Shown one piece after another: positions 47,395-59,745 of a stretch of 64,000 bases of DNA. The notes below the pieces were generated by a model. It did not search any database. It saw nothing but the letters and a program-made list of their open reading frames with translations, and was not told the DNA's origin. The first letter of the stretch is position 1, and each line of letters opens with the position of its first letter. The position numbers and the translations under genes were made by a program. The stretch covers positions 1 to 64,000 of the forward strand of contig JAQGDQ010000271.1 of assembly GCA_030141605.1 (NCBI GenBank), given 5' to 3'. The DNA is from Tubiluchus corallicola (Eukaryota > Animalia > Priapulida).

Positions 47395-50300
47395 GCTGCT
47401 GCTACTACTGCTACTGCTACTGCTGCTGCTGCTGCTGCTACTAAGCCATTGACCATTAAGCAAAATAAAACCGTACTTGTGGATTCCGACTGGAAGGGGG
47501 GACCCCATGCCGCTTTTCACATTGAATAACGACTTAAAAGTAAAATATATAGGATATGTGTTTGAAAGGGCATCGAAATTCTGGCTACTGGACAGCTTGA
47601 GCTACTCACTGCCCATACGATAACACTGATTGAGTATCTAATGTGTCATAATAAATTCAAAGTGCTAATGCTTGTAAGAATGGGTTAATACTAAAAAACG
47701 ATAACGTTGCTTTTGACCATGGTGGTGATGTGGCTACGTGATTACTGTAAATAAATCTTTCTGCAAGTTTTTCTCATTTCGAAAAATAAAATGTGATTTT
47801 ACAGTTTAGTATATTGTTGTTTTTTCTCTGAATAACACATACATGGAGGCACCATTATCGTTAAGTGCTATAGGACCTCTTGAGGTCTTAATCCGGTCCT
47901 GGTGCGACTACCAAAATTTCAGTAACTGTGAAAAGTGTTAGAGCCACTCAATGGCAAAGCTTTTTTAATGTTGATGGTTACAGTTCCATTTCGTCTTTCA
48001 TTCACCACTCCCCCCACTGTATATATTTATCATTATCTCGTTTGTTAACCCTTTCATACCAGTTGTATCCCGTGGGATACGAGAATATTTTCTGCCTTTA
48101 AAATTAATAAAATTTTAAAAATGACAGTTATTTGATCTGTTAATAATTATTTTGATTTAAGCCAATAACAACAGACTAAAAATAGTGATAAAATGGCAAA
48201 CTAGAAAATCTACATAGCATAAAAAACTGCGCAAGGTACAGTACTTTAGAGACGACTTTGTACAGATCAGCATAGCATGCATACTGAATGTCTTAAATAC
48301 TTTAAAAAATTATCAGCAGTCACAAAATGAAGCACATTTTTTGCTTTTGTTGTGTTTTTAAAGAAGTTTTTCTTATTAAAAAAATAATTTAGGACCGAAA
48401 GGGTTAATCATTTTTTGAGATTTCAACGTACAGTTTGGCCTGTCAAGCTGTGCTTTTGGGTTCAAATTGTAAATTTGCACATGTATATACTAGCTACTAT
48501 TACTAAAGACTCTTTATTTGTATTATCTGGACGTATTTATATTTGTATTATATATTATATTTGTACTTATATTTACTTTACCGGATAATTGTCTGTATTT
48601 TAGTGATAATTGCAGGATGCAGTGTGGAAATGAATAACCTCTTGAACTCTTGATAGCATAACGAGAACGTAGTTCATTACCGGTACTAGAAGGAAAAGCC
48701 ATCAGTGTGTATAGTAAGTCCTCGCTTAATGACACACCGCTTAGCGACGTTTCGCTTAACGACGAACGCATTAGCGTCGTTAAACGAGGACTTACTATAA
48801 TTACCTTCATGTGGATAAGGTTGATGGTGGCACGTTGCTCTTGTCTGTAAGATGATGCACTTTTCCAGAGAATGACAGTCATTAATTGTCAGTATAGCAG
48901 CAACATTCTCTTCATAGATTCTAAGCGTCTCTCTGTCACACTGATAAACTTTAAAGTCTACTTGCATTCTGCAAAGTATCCTTGGAAACAGAAAGACTGG
49001 AATGCAAAAACAAAGATTAAACAAGTTTTTTTTACTTATTGACATGTTTCCACTTTAATTATCAGTTGCTGCTAATCAGTCCTTTGTTCCACGCAGGCTT
49101 TATTTCTCAATCTGGATTTTCTAATTTTAGAATGACGTTTTGCTAAAATACTATTAGGCCAACTTTTTTGTTTTTTCTTATTCATTTATGCATTTTTCTT
49201 TTAAGAAAAATCTGCTTGACTTCTGTAGTTATTACCTTTTCACAATGGCATTCGGTTCAGCATGTTTGGTCAGCTTAAGGCCGAGGATCGAAATATCCAA
49301 AACGTTCAGTGACAATGCGAGTACACATGCACACACAGGTGCACACATACACGTGCACACACACACACACAAACGCACATGTACACGCACATGTATACAC
49401 ACACACGCGCGCGCACGCACGCATATATATAAATATATATATAGTAAATAATGGCTCTAAGTCATTAAGAAAGAATTAAGGGGCATCTTGTAATTAGACC
49501 GGTAGAGTAACCTAGTGGGTATAATGTTTGCTCATCAATTCCGGCTAAGTTCCATTTCAAAATTTAATGACTGTGACATCGTTCCATTATCAAGGCCATT
49601 CTTAGTAAATCTGTAATGTTTCGTTTACCGACTAGTTGATATAAGATGTCCTTGACTACATTTGTCCTGCTTAAATCATCCCTCTTTAGCACTTCGCAGA
49701 GGTATAGACCACTGTCTTCTGCTTGAACATCCTCAATTGATAGATCATTCGTATTCAGAACAGTGAACCTAAAAAAATATGTTAAGCAGTTGTGAAAAAT
49801 GTGAAGTGCAGGGATGAGAATTTTCCGCGGATACGTGGAATTCCGAGTTTTTGGAAGACCAGTAGTGCCATTTTTGTAAATCGCGTGAATTTGTTAAGAA
49901 AATTTTTACGGACCCAGTACATTACTTCACAAGCTGACCGCTAGTTGGCAGGCCGTCACTTTGTTTACATCACGTAAATCAGTGTAACCACGTGTATATC
50001 TCTATGTATAAAAATATAGAATCAATTGTGCTGAGTTATTTGAGTCAATTGCAGACAGTTTTTATATACTTTTGCATAGGAGCAGCCAGTACTTAGACGT
50101 TTTTGAGGCAATTAGGTATCATGTATCCTTGATAGTTGGGTATTTTAAATTATGCATGAAACAAGGTAATTGATATTTTAAGTCCACTTAGAGGCTCTCT
50201 ATGGTCTACGGAGCCCCCAACCCCTCGGCTTGTTTCAGAGTTTTTTGCAATTTGTCATTCTCATCCCTGGAAGTAACAGATACCTACAAAAAAAATTTTT

Positions 50301-52091
50301 ATAGAAAAATAAAAAACTCGAATTGAAGAGTCTTCACCTTTCGTTTGTCAATGGCTTTCTTCGTCCATCGTACCATTTACAGTTCAGAGGTTCACCACTT
50401 TTATCATCTAGGGGGTCATCGCAGTTGATGATGGCCCGGGTGCCTCGTAAACGTTCGACCATAACAACTAAAATCCAAGAATTACTGTAGAAGTTCAGTT
50501 GCAGTAGTAGCAATACCCACTACATGCACATTATGAAACATCGCGGTTGAATGCTTCAGCATATCACGTACTGTTAAAGCAAAACTGGACCCAATGTTAT
50601 TAAACTGTATGCCAAAACAATACACTCTTTAAAATACTGAATTTTATAATATTTGAGCTTCAAATTTTGAGTAATATTCCAGGATTACTCTCACGTGTGG
50701 CCAAGCTAAAACATCAGGGCAAAGAAAACACTGTAACACGTGTTATGCACAAGTTTAAAGGAAAAGTCAACCCTCAAAGAACATTCGTTCTATTTAATTA
50801 TAATATCATCATATTGAAATTACCACGCAATGTACGCGCATAGAATGTCTGCTTTAAAGCAAAACCGGACCGAAAGTAACACTGCAGGTCAAAAGAACAT
50901 ATTCTTTAAAATATTGAAAGGAAACATACTATTTTTTCAAAAGTGACTTACGTGAAAGAATTGTTACCACACAAACACAATTTCATGTTCGCGCCACTAG
51001 TTCTTCGCTGTTACATGCATATCACCATTTGCTAGTTAGACAGGCACTAGCGCCTCCATCTCAAAAACGCTTTGCATGAAAAATAGGTGCTGTACCTCTT
51101 AGTTCACATGTGTTACGAACACACCGGTAAATTTCAAATTTGAATTTTTATCTTAAAACTTACCAAGTCTTAGTACAACACACTGAATATCGTACAGTAG
51201 CACTGCACTTCGATTTTCTTTTTTCCCAAACACATGCAACACACTCATGGAATATTTTTGCTGTTGAAAATTATGTTAGTTTGTGATGTCATCAATCTTT
51301 GGGCTGGCCGGTCGTTAATTAAGTTTTTAATGTATAATTTAATTATCAGAAACGCTTTTGTAGTATTGATTGTGTTAAAATGTATACTTTTGTCGGACTT
51401 GAAACTGGGGTAGTAATTGAAAAATCATCCTGTCTTCCTTTAATGTGCACAACATTGCTTTAAATTGCTATTGACAAATATAGAATAAGCTGCCCTATTT
51501 AATTACATTAATTACAACGTATAAAATATACGTACTTTTTTCTGCAGTTTTCCTGTACTACGTTGTTCAACGTTTTGAAGGTAATTAGAATATTAACGTT
51601 GGCACTTATTTTTCAGTGGTTACAAGTAAGCATTCATGCGATTATGGCAAGTATCGACATGTTGACATAAAAATTAAAAAAGTTAAGCTACAACTGTGCA
51701 AATGTCATAACCTTGCAAACAATACTTGCTGGTTTCTGAAACCTGGTAGCTTTTTGGCAACTTTTTATCAACATCCTTTCAAATTTCTACAACCCTTCAA
51801 ATTTCTTTGACTGTCCTAGCTAGGAAAATTGCTCTACACTTACTGTTGCTGTTACTGTTACTACTACTTCTACTACTACTACTACTACTACTACTACTGC
51901 TACTACTGCTACTACTGCTACTACTGCTACTACTGCTACTACTGCTACTGCTACCGCTACGGCTACCGCTACCGCTACCGCTACCACTACCACTACCACT
52001 ACTACTACTGCTACTACTACTGCTACTACTACTGCTACTACTACTACCACTACTACTACTACTACTACTACTGCTACTACTGCTACTACTA

Positions 52092-52126
<35 letters not shown>

Positions 52127-53032
52127 GCTGCTACTACTACTGCTACTACTTTGAATCCTGAGTGTAAACGATACACGTTAAGCACTGCTGGTAAGCAACT
52201 CCACACTAGGGTTAAGATATTTCAGTTTAGTGACATCACATACCTGGCTCGTTTCTACTGTTTTTGGTGATTATTACATCTGTGTTATCCTCCATCTTGG
52301 GGTGCGGATAGTACGGTTTTACTGCTCTCTTTACACGTCTGTTATAATCATCTGCTTCTTCTTGCCAGACTGCCATGTTGTCGGCTACTTTCACGATGGT
52401 TTCGTCCTGGATGTTGTCTTCGCTATCACAAATGGTTCTGTTATTTGCACTGACTGGAAACCGTAGAAAACTCGTCTCTTCACGAACTTTATCTTCGTTG
52501 TCTTGTGATGGCAATGAGTCGTCAATATCACGAAAGGTCGTTGGTAAGATACGTTGTAAGTTTAGTTCTGGTATAGATTCAAAAACACTGTCTTTAAAAG
52601 TTTTACTACTTTCATCAGTGACGTTCAGATCATCAACAGAGCTTCCACTTTCTGTTACAAGCTCTTCTAGTTCTTGCATATTCGTATCAACTCTGCTGTC
52701 GATTATAACTTCTGGTCTTTCAGTGTCTACAGATCTTTTCAAACGTTTTTCGCTGCTACTTTCCAGAAATCTTTCGGCTTCTGAGATTGGGTATTTTTTA
52801 TAACCTTGATCTAATTTCAGCAATTCGTAGATGACACGTTGAATTGAACTGTGTGAGCTGCTCCAGACTTTTCCCAATTTTAAAACATCTTTGTAACGAC
52901 CTTCAGGTTCATAAACAGCCTGGGGACCTGATGCTGTAAACAAGTTATTAAATTAATTAACATCAGCACAAATGAAATTATTGATCAAATAAATATTTTT
53001 TTTACTATTAAAGAAATGAGCTTTTATTATTA

Positions 53033-53123
<91 letters not shown>

Positions 53124-53190
53124 CAATTAGCACTCTATTGCTAAAATAATAATAATAATAATAATCATAATGATGATGATGAGGATGATG

Positions 53191-53278
<88 letters not shown>

Positions 53279-53285
53279 CAATAAC

Positions 53286-53332
<47 letters not shown>

Positions 53333-56300
53333 TAATAATAATAGCCACAAACTGTATTCAACTGCCATGGAGAGAGAACACAGGAGCCATGTTGAAAAGA
53401 AAACAAGACAAATAAAAACAACTGTGTAAACAAGCCCTTACTTAACAAAAGAATTTTTTTCATTTTTCTTATTTATTTAATTAGCATTGTTTAATAATTA
53501 ACTTGGACTGCGCAAGCAGGTGTTCACCACGCCTAAGTTTCTCAAGTGACAGTGGGACAGAATATGACAGGCCTAGTTAAAACCAACTAAATAATTATAC
53601 ATTAATTGCGTCATTTTAATTTTACATACAACTGTGAATCATTTAATATATTTATCAAGTGTGTTGGCTTGTTTAAAAGACACACCAAGCTTTGGTACAG
53701 GGTACTAGTGTACTTTGAAAAGTTTGCAAGACACCACCATATTAAAACTGCTACACTGGAAATGTGACAAAGACTAACGGTGCGTTCAGACTAGCGAGTT
53801 CTCCCTGACAGCAAACTCGCAAATGTTAACTCCTTTGTGAGTTACTGTCGGCAAGAAATTGCAAACTCTCCGACAGCTCTGCTGCAAATTTATTTACTGT
53901 CTAGTGTGAATGCCGCGGTGAGTTACTTTTGACAATTCCCGCAGTGAATAGTGTAATGTCAGAGAGTAACTCGCAGGTGGTTCTAGTCTGAACACGCTTG
54001 CGAGATGCTTGGCTGGTTACTCTCGACACTTCTCGCAGTAAACAGAGAAGCTTGTGTCAGCTCACGCTTACTGTCGGAGAGTAACTTGAAGTAAGTTTTG
54101 TTCTCTAGTTTGAACACATTTGTGAGTTACTTGGCTGGTTACTCTCGACACTTCTCGCAGTAAACAGAGAAGCGAGTGTCAGTTCGCACTTACTGTCGGA
54201 GAGTAACTCGAAGCAAGTTTTGTTCTCTAGTTTGAACACACTTGCAAGTAACTTGGCTAGTTACTCTTGACACTTCTCGCAGGAAACAGAGAAGCGAGTG
54301 TCAGATCGCGCTTACTGTTGGAGAGTAACTCTGCTCACTACCCTGAATGTGTGTACGTGTAATTTGGTGAGAAAAGTTGCTAGTGTGAACGCAGCGTTAG
54401 ACTAAGACGATGGAAAATACAATGAAAAACATCAGTTAAACATATGCAGCAATACTATTCCTGGCTTAGAGAAACTTAATTTTATAAGCATGCTTAGTGA
54501 TACTTGCTTGTAATGCTTACTTCTTCTAACCACAAATCGTTGCTTTGCTAAACATCGTCCTCCGTGTGTCTTGTACTTGTATGCTGCAATAGTGCCAAAC
54601 TGGTAAGTAGCAATGGATTCTATAGCAAGTCTTATGCCGCTCTCCTTAACCTAGGAAAAATGAAAATCCGCGAATTTGAGCTAGACGGTTTAGTCTACTG
54701 ATAACGTGTCCGCTTTCTATCTGGGAGGACGTGAGTTCGATACAGCGGCCGGGTCAGACCACAGACTTTAAAAAATGGTACCTGCTGTTGCCCTGCCTGG
54801 GCGCGTGGTATTTAGGGTAAAAATAGAGTAATGACAGTCTCTGTTACGTAGTTGTAGATTGTTATTTACGGTCTATCCAAAAGCTCTTTGGAGCTTATGT
54901 TAATTGCTCTTCCAAAAAGCCGACTTTAAACAAAGATTATTATTATTATTATTCAGAGTAATTCAGTGCACTCCGGTAGCTAACAACGGCTGATGTCATT
55001 TTGCTTGTTATAGGCAGAAAAAACGAAACTATGACGTAGATACTGTATTTATTTATAGCATTTAATCCTATGTGTAAATAATTTTTATATTTCAAGTAAT
55101 TTGTCTTGAATATTTTACGTAATTTTTTACGATGTAATTTTTATTATAGCTCTATGTGTTTACTACTGGATGGATGGACAGGCAGTGAAATGTTTGAGGA
55201 TTTAGTTCTTTGCATGCAGTCGTAGGCACAACCTTCGTATTGATTAAGACTGTATAATTTTACTGTCTACATTTACCCATGTACATAATGTATAAAGTGT
55301 GTATTTATTTTTGTGCCTAATAAATAATAATACAGATGTAATACAGATTACAATTTCCTCAGGGAGAACATTGCCGGAGAAGAACAGCGCCGTACTTGAA
55401 TGGCCTGGAAACACCTCGGACCTCATCCGATAGAGAATCTCTGGGAGATACTGAAGGATAAGGTGGCAGACAGGCAGCCATCAAGTGCTGAAGACTTGCG
55501 AAGAGTTATCAAGGACGGACGTTTAGGTTAAAGAAATTACTTCCGAGTACTGCCAAAACCTAATTTCTAGTATGCCACTTAGAATGAAGGCAGTGATTGA
55601 CAACTTCGGCGGCCATACAAAGTACTATAATGTTCAAGGACTGTGACTATTTTTGGATAAAAACATACAAACTATGCTGTAGTATATTTTTCTAGAAGAA
55701 TAAATGGTTTTTTAGATGGAACCATGTTAAACGATGGTTTTGTCAATTTTCATGAAAAAAATCACTTTGATCTTTTAAAAACTTTTCCAAATGACTGTAA
55801 CAAATAAATATGAAAAAAGATTAGAATATATCAAATGGTCAAAACAGGTCTCACATAGAATCCCGCTGTATTACACAATACAATGCAACACAGTGCAATG
55901 CAATGCAACACACTGCAATGCAGCGCAGTGTAATTCATTGCAATTTATTACAACATATTACAATAATCCAATTTATAATAAAATTCCTTTATAATTCATT
56001 GTACTACACCTTTGTACACCTATAACACCTTCGTACTACGAAGCACGGCTTCTGTAAAATATCGAGTATGATACCTTAAAATTATCAGGCTTCCTCGAGG
56101 TTTTTTCCAACTGCCATTCCACGTTATCAGGGTTTGTCTGATCTTCAGACCATTCTTGGTTAATGTAATTATTGAAAAGAATACTTATATCAGCTCCACC
56201 GTCATACATGCCCATATCTAAAATACCAGAGCAAAAAGTCGACACAACAAAACCATTTTTGTATTAGCTGCAACTGCCCCATTCAACAATGTTGCAAATT

Positions 56301-58000
56301 TCTTCACGGTAATTTATTAAAAAAAAATTTCGGTACAGGCAATTAAAACATTTATAAAACACCACAACTTTATTAAAACTTTTAATTTACATGTTAGAAA
56401 ATCATGTCAAAAGTTTCGACAGAGCTACTGCTGTTATCATCAGTGGTAAATTTTTACATACATACAACCAGTTTGTATAGGCTTATGTATTTAACAAAAG
56501 TCAAATAGGTAATGAATGAGCAGATCAGTAGAAAAGAAATTGATACAGTAACTTATGTACTAATTATGTATTTACAAAAGCTAAATAGGTAATGAATAAG
56601 TATGACCAGTAGAAAAGAAATTGATACAGTAAATTATTATTTACCACTGATGATGACAGCAGTAACTCTGTCGAAACGGTTGACATGATTTTATCTATGT
56701 AAATTAAAAGTTTTAGTTTAGTAACTTACTAAATATACCCCTTCATAATCTAACATAGCTTTAATCCTTTCGTCTTTTAACTGATATTTGCATAAATGAA
56801 CTGATGATTTTCCGTTTTACCTATTGCAACCAGATCAACTCTGATGCGCATGTAGTCCCATCTTTTCGTGGACTGTTCTTCCAAAATGACAATAAACCAC
56901 GTGGGATCCGTTGCAAGGCCCGGTTTTATATCTGTGAGCTTGATACCTCTACCCTCATTAACTAGACTAATGGCTGTTTCAGCTTTGAATTTCGAATTAG
57001 CATCTCCTGAAACATTAGGCAGAACTTTTTAAGAAATGCATCGTAATATTTTGACTACCTGTTCATCAGAAATGAAGCAAAACACAGACAGCAGCATTTA
57101 CTGTACAAATTAAGTTAATAGTAATAAAACTTTTCATGGAGAACGACCATTAATTATAGAAGAATTTGCTAATTAGTATTACAGTCACATAGAGAAGACC
57201 AAAAGTTATAATAAACAAATTTACTTAACGGAATGTTTCAGGAGTTATGATTCGACTTCGCTGGGGTAAAACAATAGTCAAACAAGAAGAAGCCACGAAG
57301 AATCAAAGTAACTATAATGTGTAGATTAAATGTTTGACAAAACACTAAACGGCATAACCATAATCTGCCATTAGAACCAACTAACACATTATTGTTCCGC
57401 ATAATAATGTAGTTCTCTGACTTTATTACGTCACAACAACAACCATGATTACAACAATAATGGCTACAGCAGTAGCAACAGCAACAAAAAGCATGCTTGC
57501 AACAATAACATCTACAGCAGTAGCAAAGCAACAACAACAACAATAATAACGACAACAACAAAAACAACAGCAACAACAACAACAACAAAAACAGCAACAA
57601 CAACAACGACAACAACAACAGCAACAACAACAACAACAACAACAAAAACAAAAACAACAACAAAAACAACAGCAACGGCAACAACAAAAACAGCAACAAC
57701 AACAGCAACACCAACAACAGCAACAGCAGCAGCAATAACAACAACAGCAGCAACAACAACAACGGCGGCAGCAGCAGGAGCAACAAAAACAAAAACAACA
57801 GCAACAACAGCAGCAGCAGCAACAACAACAACAACACCAACAGCAGCATCAGCAGCAACAACAACAACAGCAACAGCAGCAACAACAACAACAACAGCGA
57901 CAGCAACAACGACAACAACAATGACAACAGCAACGACAACAACAACAATGATGGCAACAACAACAACAGCAGCAGCAATAACAGCATCAGCAACAACAGC

Positions 58001-58037
<37 letters not shown>

Positions 58038-59695
58038 GCAACAACAACATAAAAACAACCGCTAAATACTTTGTTAATTACTACCTATATTTATTGGCTT
58101 CAGCGTGAACTCTTTACCGAATGATTCCCATTTATTATCTCTGTATTCAAAAATATGATCTTGGTATCCTGCTAGCCACATTAATCTCAATGCTGAATCT
58201 ATATGTGGATAAATCTGTAAAATAAACTAGTTTTAACATTAGGAACATCAATCCTCTTCGACTTTACGTCAAATAGATTAAAAAGTAAAATTATACACGC
58301 CTTTTCTATTGCTTATTTATAGTTATTGAATTATAATTTTTAGTTATTAAAATTAATTACGCTAATAACAAATAATATGCTAATTTTCAACACACTTTCT
58401 TGCTTTACATTATCCATAAATTTAATTAAAGCACAAGAAAACCCTCCACTTCCACAAAGCTTAAAAAATTCGCCTTGAAATTTTATACCACTTACGTATG
58501 TACTGCCTTTTTGTATACAAGGCTTGTGTCGAGAGTAACGATTTATAAAACATTTAAATTTAAACGCCCACGATGACCGTTTGACGCAGCCATTTTGACG
58601 ATAAGTCATTTGAAACAAGTTTAGATAACATTGCGTAAAGTTTGAAATAATAATCAGAGCATTCGTAGTGCACACGTCACTAACTAACTAAAATTTTAAA
58701 TTACTGTATCTTGTCAATTAAAAATACATTTTTGGTTAGTGAAAGGTGCACCCTGGAGAGTGAGTCAGCGACATTTTACCAACTGGTGAAAACATTTTAA
58801 ATAATGATTAATTTTCTTTTCTAGTTAACAAAGCAAGGTTCCCACATAATTTTAAAATAAATGTCCCTGATTTTTCCCTTACCAAATATTGATTTTCCAT
58901 GACCAAGATGAGCAGAAATTGCATTACCAGTATACATGTTCAAACATTTTTGTGTATGAACATTCATATACTGATATGACTGATATACTGATACTCACAT
59001 ATACTGATATATAATGTGTCGGCCAATCATTATTTTTCGAACAGAAATCGAAACTGGGAACCTGTCATAGCAAAATTTTATTTGAAAATATGTTTGGAAA
59101 AATATCGGTTCACGGTGATTATTTTTGCAACCCTTTCCAATTTCTCTGACTTTTCGCTTCATTTTCATCATTTTCCCTGACTTCTTACCGAATTTTTACC
59201 CTAATTTTTGACAGCATAGAAGGGCTGAATTTGTAGAGAGCATGAACTGAAGTCAGTGTAGACTGTTGTAGACTGGCTCACTCTTGTGGTTGAAATTGTA
59301 TTCAACTGTGAAGGCCATTTCTATCTACGCTATTATTTACACACACGGTGAACATTTAACAGCAATGCACCAGAAAAGAGAAAAAAGCCTAGGCTGACCT
59401 TGGCAGAGCTACCCAAGTCACATGCACCCACCGAGCATACCTGATTGGCTAGTAAAACCACAAGCAATCAACACTACCATATATGGGAAGCCCAGCAGGT
59501 AGGTAATTGAGCAGCACTGACAAAGGATAAACATGACTCAGTTCAATAATACATAATTTTAAATGTAGGTGGCAGCACATATTAAATTATCACTGTACTA
59601 CTTTAAATTAAGAATCGCAAATGAAATGTGCGACAAATAATAATAATGATGATGATGATGATGATGATGACGACGACGACGACGACGACGACGAC

Positions 59696-59745
<50 letters not shown>

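Noticed and set aside
45930-47688. Possible large piggyBac-like element (ttaacc...gggttaa)
   Set aside because: Terminal match is too short and the interior is a mosaic, so boundaries cannot be supported.
47477-48685. Extra small exons (48685-48639, 47532-47477 and others) in the ZPBP-like gene
   Set aside because: Phases do not chain. Direct 48805-to-45869 splicing is in phase and fits the ZPBP-like spacing.
52375-52803. Plus-strand 142-aa ORF
   Set aside because: Antisense shadow of the 690-nt coding exon.
51807-58050. Poly-Leu, poly-Tyr, poly-Ile and poly-Val ORFs
   Set aside because: Trinucleotide microsatellites inside introns.
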